Below are positions 11,746 to 21,613 of a DNA stretch of 33,408 nucleotides, piece after piece. The position numbers were made by a program, and so were the translations under genes. Source of the stretch: Alloascoidea hylecoeti (Eukaryota); contig BCKZ01000031.1 of NCBI GenBank assembly GCA_001600815.1, positions 112,625 through 146,032 on the forward strand. Direction: 5' to 3'. The notes under the pieces are model-generated. The model was not told where the DNA came from, searched no databases, and saw nothing but the letters and a program-made list of their open reading frames with translations. Position 1 is the first letter of the stretch. Each line of letters begins with the position of its first letter.

Positions 11746-12362
11746 TATATTGCAGAAAATTGAAATAGTATACTACAATATTCAATCTATAACAGTTAAT
11801 TGAATAAATTTGGGGTTAAATCTCTTCTTATATATCAATTAATAATTTTAGTTTAAGATATAAATGGAGTTAAACCTAAAATGAATCGCGTTTGAAGTCT
11901 CTGCACTTGCAGCTGTAACGACAATATTAATATTTTTCACTAGAAGCAGAAATTAATATTTATATACATATTATATCTGCTAAGCTATGAATTGAACTTA
12001 TGTCTCAATATTCCTTTTTATGGCTAGAAATGGATGTTCTATTCAGTTCCTTTTTAACGAACTAATGACATAGATAACTCTAATCTTTATAAGTTTTCAA
12101 GAATGACAAGTGAATTTCCTCTTTCAGATTGTAATAGCATATGCATTACGCTGCGACAAACGCGAAGCTCAGTAAGTGCATTCGGATTTCGTCTTAATTA
12201 AATTTTACTTTAACATTTTTATAGAAAAGGTCAGACATCTAATTAAATTAGGAAATATCAATTCCAATTACACCGATGTTAATATATTTATAATGTGATT
12301 ATGAAATCCATGTCTAGTTTATCATGTATATTTTTGTTTTAAGTATATAATTTTGCTCACAG

Positions 12363-12370
12363 TTACCCGG
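12363..12370 (-). promoter_or_regulatory. Reb1-type site TTACCCGG
   Basis: Exact consensus in the intergenic region upstream of the SST2-like gene. Confidence 0.45.
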
Positions 12371-13381
12371 GCTTTGATATAAATATATTTTTTAAAAAAA
12401 GAGTTCAGTTTGAAGCTGAAAGGATGAGATGTTCGTTGTGCTAGTTCTTAACTACTTATGATTCGAGATAAACCCCTTAATTATAAGCGATAAGATAATA
12501 GCGTCACTGCATTACTAGAAATTTTAACTTAATGGATATTTTACAAACCCCGATTTTTAAAGAAAATCCCTGTTTGTAGGCAAAAAGTTTAATTTAAAGC
12601 TTCGCAATCAAAATATGCTTCGTGAGTTGATTAAAAACGCAACGCCCAAATCGCACAAAACATCACCCGTTAGCTGTATCGGGCAATTAAGGCACATAAG
12701 ATATAGTAATATGCATATGCATAATACTATCCACATCCAATCTTCAAAATATATCACAATATGAACATGATAGAACTATTATCTTTAACTTAATTGCGGG
12801 TTCTGAAATGATAAGTCCTCTACAGTCAAATGTATTATGATATTCTTAAGAAGTTGCATCGTGAAACGATAAAAAATTTATGAAGATATCTGTCATATAT
12901 ATTGGTAATATCTACTATAGTGTTCAATTATATTGTTATCGCATGAGCAACTGATGATTAATTTCTTAGTAAATCTCTTTAACTTCGAAATTTCATCAGG
13001 TGAAAAAGGAACAAAAACCTCGCTAAGTATCATTCCATATTAATTCAAGTATAATAGCTATAATTTTAGGTATAAGGCCTTATATCCATCTATCATGAAA
13101 TGTTTTATATTTATATATGGGTTTGTTTGTTCGGAAAATAGTTCTATTATATTAAACAAGATATAGAATAACTACTCTGATGTATTACAATTGCATTTAG
13201 TATCACATCGGATACAGCTACGTTGAATGCTGACCAGTATGTTGACATCTACTAGTTTTAGGTACCCATGTTAATACAAAACCTGTTTTTTCACAAAGTA
13301 TGTCATGTTTTAACGATCAGTATATCTGATATTGACATTTAAATCTACATAATCTATTTACGCAACAATATTTCGTTTAAT

Positions 13382-14433
13382 TTAATGTCCATTTGATTGT
13401 CTTCTCATAGGTACACTTGAATCAACCTTAGATAATTTCCTTAGTAATTGTTGTATCCACCAAGGTAAACATCTTATTAGAACTAAAAAGTTAGCATATA
13501 ACGGCCTTGAAACTTCACCAGTTATTCCCCTTTCAATCATACCAACAATTTCTTTGCCTAAGCTATTAACATCTACCAAAGGAGCTAAGAAGTTATTTGG
13601 GGGTACAACATCGGAAAACATTTTTGTATTCAACTGCCCAGGTGTAAATAATAGTGTTCTTATCCATGGTTTATCTTTCATTTCTTGTTGTAATGATTCA
13701 GCAAACATAATTGTTGCAGCTTTTGATGCAGAATATGACGATAAATTGGCTGGTGAAATATAACCAAGTACGCTTGAAATTGTAACAATAAATCCTCTTT
13801 TCTGTTTCATCATCGATGGTAAAAGTGCTCTTGTAATCCAAACATATGAAAAATGATTAATTTTAAAAACATTTTCATACTCTTCATCATTATATGACAT
13901 AATATCACTATTCACTTTTATTGCAACATTATTAATTAAAATTGTAATAGAACCAAAATCCTTATTAATTTCATCTAATATATTTAAAAGTTGCTGTTTA
14001 TTTGAAACATCACATTTATACCCTTTTATTCCTCTTTGTGTTATTGGTTCTAGATCAATGACTGCAACTTTTACACCACGTAATGATAACTCTGTTGCAC
14101 AGACTTTACCTAAACCATTGGCACCTCCAGTGATCACAGCAACATCCGTAGATTTTAGGTGCCAGTAAGATACGCCTTTGTAATGAGGGCTTCGAACATA
14201 AAGGTTTAGTTTAAAAAATGAGTTACCAAGATGAAAGATAATAAGTGGTAATGCATATAATGGGTTGTAAAGGCTGAAATTATATATATATATATATTTT
14301 GGTTAGAATTCAGGTAAAGTAGTTGTAAAAGGATCCAGACATACAATGAGACTGAAAGGCATAATATTGAAACTATTGGATTTTTCAAGATCCCTATAGT
14401 ATTATAAACAATATCGTCGATTGAGATGGCCAT
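13382..14433 (-). CDS. TDA5: Short-chain dehydrogenase/reductase, Tda5-like; join(14345..14433, 13382..14273), 326 aa
   Basis: Rossmann motif TGGANGLG, INNVA and YSASK (YxxxK), plus PGQLNTKMFSDV.PP..FLAP. A hydrophobic N-terminus is restored by splicing. Confidence 0.8.
14274..14344 (-). other. Spliceosomal intron (71 nt, phase 2) in the TDA5-like gene
   Basis: GTATGT donor, TTCTAAC branch site, (TA)n spacer and TTTCAG acceptor. Splicing fuses the two ORF-track fragments into one frame (SVSF/LYNPL...DVAVITGG). Confidence 0.9.
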
Positions 14434-15162
14434 ATAGTGAATCGATTTTCCAAATATGATAAATCCGATCATCACAGAAGCAAGCAAAATAAGCTTAATT
14501 ATAAGGTATCGTTTTGTATTAATTAAATATCATTATCAGGTATAAATCTTACAATTATTTATTCTTGAGTGTGAAGTAAACGTATAACTATTTACAAATT
14601 TATACTCTTATAATATATAGTTATAGTACCTGATATTTTTGATAGTTGACTTAAACATATTAGGCATATAGCAAGTTTGACTTTTAATGTTGGAACGAAA
14701 AGCAAAATAGTTTGGAATATTAATGAAATACTAGAGGTATGAGATCAACAGATAGAACTAAATATTTGGTTACCCAGTGATGAATCTGATACACATAATC
14801 AATAAGAAATTTGAATAAATGATATATTTATTCTATGCATTCGAATATTCTTTTTGGTACACGACTATACGTGCAAATAATCAGATCGATATATCGATAT
14901 CCATCTTGGATTTCTCTCCTAATCATATTTCTATAATAATATAAGGATATATGATATAAGTTAATCAGTTATAAACAAGCAAACAAGATGAATAGTACAT
15001 GATGCCATCGATTAACTAATGCTGAATTACACCTGAAAAAAACATGAACCGTTGATTATTAATTCATTGCTCAACTGGAGAACATATTATATATTATATA
15101 CAGTAAAATATGGATCCGATTGCAAATGAATTTTATAACAAGATGAAGAATAACTGAATAAT

Positions 15163-15643
15163 CTATGACTTTACTGCCTGATCCACAAGATTTTGTAGTT
15201 TTGGATCTATATCTTCTTCTCCTTTAGTCGACTTCATAAGTTCATACAACTATTAATATCCGTTAGAGTGAATCATATTGGGTTTCAAAAATAAAAATTA
15301 TTTTTTTTAAAAAAAATATTCATACCTGAATTATTTGATCTTCAGACATCTTACTAATCTGTTCCATATCTAATTTCTGTTCTTTCCAATTCTCACCCTC
15401 GATAGTATCAGCATACTTCTGCCAAGTGGTAAGGAAGCCAATGATATGTAAAGGATTATCAATATTTTTGTGTAAACGAAATTCACTCTTCACATAATCA
15501 TCTCCTAAGGCTCTCATATCAGGGTCCAAATGTTTAATATGGGCCCTCAGGATTCTTCGGTAAAGGGCTAAAGGTGGCATTATTGGAGAAACATTTCTAG
15601 GCAATCTTCTAGGCCTCACCAGAGATATCAGTGAAGGTCTCAT
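15163..15643 (-). CDS. SDH7: Succinate dehydrogenase assembly factor 3 (LYR protein Acn9/Sdh7); join(15326..15643, 15163..15249), 134 aa
   Basis: PPLALYRRILRAH...LGDDYVKSEFRLHK..DNPLHIIGFL. Splicing gives the family C-terminus MSEDQIIQ|LYELMK. Confidence 0.92.
15250..15325 (-). other. Spliceosomal intron (76 nt, phase 0) near the 3' end of SDH7
   Basis: GTATGA donor, CTCTAAC branch site (15262-15268) and AATAG acceptor. Exon 2 reads LYELMKSTKGEEDIDPKLQNLVDQAVKS*. Confidence 0.88.
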
Positions 15644-15780
15644 GTTTTTTTTTTTTTGGTAAGCACCTTATTTACAAAGTGTTTGAAGAAACATCCGGCC
15701 ATTCAGTCATGTGCGTGCATCCATGAGCCCTAGGCAAACGAGTAATATGTTAGCTGTACGCTCACTACTCCAAAGAAATA

Positions 15781-18324
15781 ATGGCAAGACTTCCTCAACC
15801 TCAACAAAGACATACAGCATGTGATGAATGTAATGCTCGAAAGGTGAAGTGTGATGGTGGTCATCCCTGTGTGGTTTGTAGAAGGAGGAAAGAAACATGC
15901 ACTTATAACAAAGTTCATAAAAAGAGTGGACCTAAAGGTGCCAGAAAAAAGTTAACAGAAAACAACTTCAAAACTAAAAATGGTAAGGATAACTTATATC
16001 CCCAAGCTATCGATGGTTTGAAAAGTCAGACTCCATTATTGGACTCGGATTATATTTCTTGTGATATATCTCCTGTAATTAAAATCGATCCACGTCTTAC
16101 TTTTTCGGTTCAAGTCCCTGATAGAAATGGTCATCTCATCTATAAGCCAGCTGCCCTTAAGATTATACCAAGTAATGTTCTGATTAAATGTCTTTCTGTT
16201 TATGAAAAATGGTTTTATAACGTGTGGCCTGTAGTTTCAATCGATCATCTGATTGGAAGATTAAAACATGATGAAGCAAGACTTCATAAAGCAAGAAACT
16301 CAAACAATGGTGTTGAAAATGGAATCAAGCATTTTGAACTTCTTGAGGCTGAAAACAAATTCTTGCAAACCTATAGTTTAGTGACAGCGATGTGTGCAAC
16401 AAATTTGATTCAAATGTCTTTCTTAAATGATCCTGATTCTTATGCATTCGCCCAATATGATATGGTTGAATTTGTTGCTGAATGTTTAAAAGCTCGACAT
16501 TTTTTAAACTATAAAGAAAAGATATCTTATACAAACTTATTGACATCCTTCTTTTTGTCGAATTATTATATTAATGTAGTGGGTTATCATCGCACCGCTA
16601 TTATTTACCTTCGTGAAGCAATTTCATTTGCACATGTACTTGGCCTACACAAAATGTCGAAATTTAAATCTAAAACAGTGGAAGAACAGCATTTATTATC
16701 AAAAATTTACTATATGCTATTCGTTACTGAAAGATTCACAAGTATTCAATATGATATTCCAGTTGTTTTATATCCAACAATTGATTTACCAACAACTGAT
16801 TTTGAACCTGAACCTGAACGTTTAATAGGGTTTATAAATATAATTAAAGTTTTCTCTGTACCTGACAATTCATTTTTTGATAATTGGAATGAAATTGATC
16901 ATAATAGAATTACGAAACGATCAAAAGAATGGTTAAGAAATATACAAAATAATTTAGAAAATGTTCAACTAGAATCAGCTATTGTTGCTTACTCTGATTT
17001 ACAAAAGGCAAATGTGTTAGTTACACAAAATTGGATGAGAACATTAACGTGGCAACTGTGTGTGTTATATGGTTATTTGAGTCCGGGAGATGATCATGTA
17101 ATGGCTCCATCCTTACCATTAAGTATTGTTAGAGATCTTCTAATATCAACATCAAATCTTCATCATACTGCATATGAAGCAAATGGCCCAGGTTTACAAA
17201 TTAAATTATTTGAAGTAGCTAATTCACTGTCTGATGTTATATATCATTTATCCCGGGCAGATGAAGTGGTTCAAAGATCTCCGTTAACAGTACAAGCTTA
17301 CGATATGTTAAAAACTTTAGCTATAAGAATATTTAAACTACCATTCAAATGGGAATCAAATAATTATGTTCGTGGATTGGCCGAAAAAATTGAGTCTGTC
17401 CTGCGAGAAAGAGGCATAACGCATATTTGTTGGGGATTACAACCTACAAGTCTCTTCAAAAATCTTTATTATACACAAGACGCTCCAATTACTACAAGTT
17501 TTCGAAGAATTGAAGAGCTGGAAGATGATAATGATGATGAAATAACAGCTCCATCAACAAAAAAGCGACGTGCTAGGAAACCACAAGGATCTATAAAAAT
17601 GAATAAGGGATCATTTGAACCTACATCACTGCAGAATTCAATTGATTATGGTATAAATTCATCCACCAATTGCAATAGTTCACCGAGCACTCTTAACGTG
17701 TCTTGTACACCAGATTTTCCATCTATGAATCCATCGGATATGTATGAACGAACTAAAATGGATATTGTTATTTCCGATAATGCAGTACCCGGAAAAACTC
17801 TTCCTAATGTGATGACAGTTTCAGCACTAGATTCTAACTCTGATGTATGTCCAGACATTGGTCCTAACAATGCACATTTAGATTTATCTAATCAATTATC
17901 AAGCATGTATTCAGTATCCGAACTAAATTATCCTCAAATAGCTGAGACTAATTATGATAAGTCATACTATACACCATCATATATTTCTCACTCATATGAA
18001 TCAGGCAGCATCAATAATAGCATGGATCTTCCCATTACAAATCTCTGGACGCAAGAGTTTGATTTACCACTATATGAGTCGGATTTTCTATCACCTCCAA
18101 ATCTATCTACCCCTCAGGATACACTAACTATGAACCAAGAAAATTCTTCAGAAGCAATGTTTATTGGCAAGAATGAGAGTGGTAGTCTGTATGCTTTAAC
18201 AAATACGGTCATCGGCTCAGTTGAAGATTCGATTAAAAATAAATATAGTAATAATACAATAGATCATGAGGGATTGGATGATTTAGTGTCTTTAGGACGT
18301 TTAGGAGAAATAAATCCTATCTAA
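15781..18324 (+). CDS. Zn(II)2Cys6 transcription factor, Suc1/AmyR/Mal-activator-like, 847 aa
   Basis: Zinc cluster ACDECNARKVKCDGGHPCVVCRRRKETC followed by KKSGPKG. The middle homology region includes YLREAISFAHVLGLH, LFVTER and YEANGPGLQIKLFEVANSL. Confidence 0.88.
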   Translation: MARLPQPQQRHTACDECNARKVKCDGGHPCVVCRRRKETCTYNKVHKKSGPKGARKKLTENNFKTKNGKDNLYPQAIDGLKSQTPLLDSDYISCDISPVIKIDPRLTFSVQVPDRNGHLIYKPAALKIIPSNVLIKCLSVYEKWFYNVWPVVSIDHLIGRLKHDEARLHKARNSNNGVENGIKHFELLEAENKFLQTYSLVTAMCATNLIQMSFLNDPDSYAFAQYDMVEFVAECLKARHFLNYKEKISYTNLLTSFFLSNYYINVVGYHRTAIIYLREAISFAHVLGLHKMSKFKSKTVEEQHLLSKIYYMLFVTERFTSIQYDIPVVLYPTIDLPTTDFEPEPERLIGFINIIKVFSVPDNSFFDNWNEIDHNRITKRSKEWLRNIQNNLENVQLESAIVAYSDLQKANVLVTQNWMRTLTWQLCVLYGYLSPGDDHVMAPSLPLSIVRDLLISTSNLHHTAYEANGPGLQIKLFEVANSLSDVIYHLSRADEVVQRSPLTVQAYDMLKTLAIRIFKLPFKWESNNYVRGLAEKIESVLRERGITHICWGLQPTSLFKNLYYTQDAPITTSFRRIEELEDDNDDEITAPSTKKRRARKPQGSIKMNKGSFEPTSLQNSIDYGINSSTNCNSSPSTLNVSCTPDFPSMNPSDMYERTKMDIVISDNAVPGKTLPNVMTVSALDSNSDVCPDIGPNNAHLDLSNQLSSMYSVSELNYPQIAETNYDKSYYTPSYISHSYESGSINNSMDLPITNLWTQEFDLPLYESDFLSPPNLSTPQDTLTMNQENSSEAMFIGKNESGSLYALTNTVIGSVEDSIKNKYSNNTIDHEGLDDLVSLGRLGEINPI

Positions 18325-18417
18325 TTTTGAAGAAAAAGATATAATCCATATAATATAATTATTTCTAAAACCTAGGCCTTTTTTTACAATAGTGGAAGCT
18401 TAAAGTTAGCCAATTGT

Positions 18418-18425
18418 CCGGGTAA
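18418..18425 (+). promoter_or_regulatory. Reb1-type site CCGGGTAA
   Basis: Exact consensus in the short gap between the transcription factor stop and the aminopeptidase start. Confidence 0.5.
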
Positions 18426-18512
18426 CTGTCACGGCTCATCTATGATATCCAGACACCAACATGTAAATAATTCTTCTTGGTAAAACCTCATTTTACTTGT
18501 TCCCCTAAGAAA

Positions 18513-19697
18513 ATGAAATATAACTTATCTATCTTATTTGTAGGCCTTACTTTAGCTCTACAATGTGCTGCTATTCCTATTGGCTCACAATTTTTGGTGA
18601 GACTTAACTCTCTATTTCCCAGCTATTTAGGAGAGCCAGACGCTGAGGAGGATAGACTCGTTCAGACAGATGTTGGTAAAACTTTGTGGATTAAAGAAAG
18701 GGAAAAAATTAACTTAAGAGCAAGAGGTGTCAACTTCATTGATGTTACTAAATCTTTTTATAACAAGGAACCAGAATTTGCCACTGTTCCTGATTATGTT
18801 TACCCCACAGAGGTATATTATAAAGATGAAGTTATCCCATTATTCACTAATGTTTCTGAAGATAACTTGAAAGAGAATTTAGCCAAATTTTCTTCTTTTT
18901 ACACTCGCTATTACAAAAGTGATACGGGAAGGGAAAGTTCTACTTGGTTGAAAGAACAGGTTGAGGCTATTGCAAGTACTAATCCACCTCTTAATATTAC
19001 AGTAAAATCCTTCAAGCATGACTGGGCACAATTTTCTGTGATTGCTAAAATTCCAGGAACCAGGTCATCAGAAGATAGGCCAATTATCATAATTTCTGCT
19101 CACCAGGACTCTACAAACCTCTTTCTACCAAGTATACTTCCAGCTCCCGGTGCAGATGACGATGGTAGTGGGACAGTCACCAATCTTGAAGCATTCAGGG
19201 TTTTAGTGGAGTCAGGGTTTAAACCAGAGAATACCATCGAATTTCATTGGTATTCTGCTGAAGAAGGTGGTCTTCTTGGGAGTCAAGATATCTTCCGGAA
19301 ATATTCACAGGATAAGAAGCAAGTTGTTGCTATGCTACAGCAGGATATGACAGGATATACCCAAAAAACCTTCGATAATGGTAAACCGGAATCTATTGGT
19401 GTAATTTTTGACTTTGTATATCCTAAATTAACTGCTTTTATCAAACTTGTTGTCAATGAATATCTTAGTATACCAGCCGTTGATACTAAATGTGGTTACG
19501 GGTGTTCGGATCATGCGTCTGCTTCAAAATTTGGGTTTCCAAGTGCTTTTGTCATGGAATCAGCTTTTGAAGATTCTAGTCCTTTCATTCATTCCACTAA
19601 AGATACTTTAGATAGACTCGATTTTAAACATATGGCTGAACATTCAAAACTAGCTATCAGTTATGTTTATGAATTAGCTTTCACTAAAAAGTTTTAA
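18513..19697 (+). CDS. Peptidase M28 leucine aminopeptidase (YDR415C/Lap1-like) with signal peptide, 394 aa
   Basis: Zn-ligand motifs SAHQDS, GADDDGSG, AEEG, QQDM and CSDH. The ATG at 18513 begins a hydrophobic signal peptide (MKYNLSILFVGLTLAL). Confidence 0.92.
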   Translation: MKYNLSILFVGLTLALQCAAIPIGSQFLVRLNSLFPSYLGEPDAEEDRLVQTDVGKTLWIKEREKINLRARGVNFIDVTKSFYNKEPEFATVPDYVYPTEVYYKDEVIPLFTNVSEDNLKENLAKFSSFYTRYYKSDTGRESSTWLKEQVEAIASTNPPLNITVKSFKHDWAQFSVIAKIPGTRSSEDRPIIIISAHQDSTNLFLPSILPAPGADDDGSGTVTNLEAFRVLVESGFKPENTIEFHWYSAEEGGLLGSQDIFRKYSQDKKQVVAMLQQDMTGYTQKTFDNGKPESIGVIFDFVYPKLTAFIKLVVNEYLSIPAVDTKCGYGCSDHASASKFGFPSAFVMESAFEDSSPFIHSTKDTLDRLDFKHMAEHSKLAISYVYELAFTKKF

Positions 19698-20240
19698 AAG
19701 CACATGTACGTGTATGATTGAGAATTTTATTAGCCTTGACTTTTTTTTAGATTATTTCAAAAACGTTGATGAAGACTATACATTATATAAAGCGATATGG
19801 AGGAATTTTGAATTTTCAATGAGTTTATTACAACAAGCTGAATATTAGTATATAAGTGGTTTTTGAGTTATTTATATTGTTTCGCTGATATACTTTTAAT
19901 AAATATACTCATGATTAATTAACGTTATAATAATTGATTGTAACGTTCTTTGTAGTGATCCAATATTGATGTATTCTCTTATATTTGGTCATGGATCGCA
20001 AGTATTAACTTTGAAAGTCAAAAGTTATATATAAAAAGTAAGATAATTAATTACTCTAATTTACACAAGTTGATCAAGTAATTCATTACAAATATTTTGA
20101 TATTATTTAATTTTTATTTATATCAATTATATTATTAACTCAATTCAATCCAATTACAATAAAATCATTTACAAAGTTCAGGATGAATAATAAACATTCA
20201 ATAAATCATTTCCACAACTTTTGTTTAAAAAAAAAAAAAT

Positions 20241-20264
20241 TTAACATTAACATTAACATTAACA
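20241..20264. repeat. (TTAACA)4 microsatellite next to a poly(A) tract
   Basis: Read directly from the sequence, in the 3' region of the DOT6-like gene. Confidence 0.85.
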
Positions 20265-20306
20265 TCATTGATGTCATAGCTTTTAGATTATGTTAATAAT
20301 TGAGTT

Positions 20307-21613
20307 TCATGACTTTCGTAGCATCGATGCTATGGGTGGTAAGGTTATTTTTTTATTTCTAATTACCGTCGTATTTCTACTAATTGATATCTGATTATGA
20401 TTATTATTACTATTATTCTCTAGATCCTTTGATATCGATATTCGCTGCCGCTGTTTTGATCCTAAGGAAAATGAATTTGTATTAGGAAATGATGGGACAT
20501 TTATAGGAGGGAGCATCCTTGGGGCATGTGGCTCACTATAGCTATCAATTGATGAAATCGATGAACCCCTATCTGATCCAGATAGAGATGATCTCGATTC
20601 ATAAGATGAAAGTGAAATATCAGAAATATTAGAAAATTTTCTTGGTAAAAATGAATCATATGTAGGAGATGGTGAAATTGAAGATTGGTGCAGTCTAGGC
20701 CTGTATGGCTCATTATTATTTTCTAGTAAAACGGTTGATGGTCCTGGTCCTCTGGGTTTAATAGCTGATTGTATCCCGTTAGATAAATAAAAATTAGATG
20801 GGGGTGATATGGTTTGATAACTTCCACTGTTATTTTCGTAGGGTTCGCTATGTATGACAAAATCTGAGAGTGGAGAGGTTTGTAGAAGTTTAACACGGTT
20901 TGGTAAAGGGGCATTCATTTGATATTTAAGTAAATACTGCCCTGTTGTTACGCTGGAATTATTAAAGACCCTTTCATCTAAGCATAGATATTTGATTCTT
21001 TCAATTATATCAGCTTCCCTTTTGAAAGATAACAAAAGAATTATTTCTCGAAGTCTCAAATCCTTATTGCATAATGACGTTAATAAGTTATCTTCTTCGG
21101 TAGTCCACTCATCCAAGCCGGTATTAATGTTTATTGGCCTTGGATTGTAGCCTCGAGTTCTACCACATTGCATATCTCCGGCGCTGACTTGCTTCTGATG
21201 GCCACACATTATCCTTCTCCATCTAAATTGGCATGCATTTGCCGTCCTATTTTTAAAGAAAGATGATATTTCCTTCCAGCCAAGCATTTGTTCTTCTTTC
21301 AAGAACCTTAAGAGAACATCATCTTGAGGCTCCCATGATGTTGGTGATTTTCTAGTAAGTATGTTAATCCTATGCACATTCAAAATATAACTAGTAGTTA
21401 ATATAATGGAGCTTCCGAAACATACCTTCGTAGTTGTTTTTTTCTTGGATCATTAAATTCGCCATTAGGAAACTCTGTGACAAATGGTGAAAAAGCAACC
21501 AGTTGATGAAACTGACCATCGAATATATCAGTATCTGTCTTCATATACTGTTGGTTGGCCAAATGACTGTTGTGATTGTTTGAATACATGTTAAACGGTT
21601 TGGAATACTGCAT
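20307..21613 (-). CDS. DOT6: Myb/SANT-domain transcriptional repressor, Dot6/Tod6-like; join(21426..21613, 20307..21351), 410 aa
   Basis: SWEPQDDVLLRFLKEEQMLGWKEISSFFKNRTANACQFRWRR matches the Dot6/Tod6 Myb repeat. A second repeat starts WTTEEDNLL, followed by a Ser/Pro-rich tail. Confidence 0.8.
21352..21425 (-). other. Spliceosomal intron (74 nt, phase 2) in the DOT6-like gene
   Basis: GTATGT donor, degenerate GATTAAC branch site (21363-21369) and CTAG acceptor. It joins ...KKQLRR/KSPTSW in frame. Confidence 0.82.

Noticed and set aside
12862..12867. Ste12 pheromone response element TGAAAC upstream of the SST2-like gene
   Set aside because: A single hexamer more than 1 kb from the ATG is expected by chance.
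15659..15780. Possible 5' intron (GTAAGC) upstream of the Zn-cluster gene
   Set aside because: No plausible branch site or upstream exon.
18477..18512. TTG-initiated extension of the aminopeptidase
   Set aside because: Eukaryotic gene; the ATG at 18513 begins the signal peptide.
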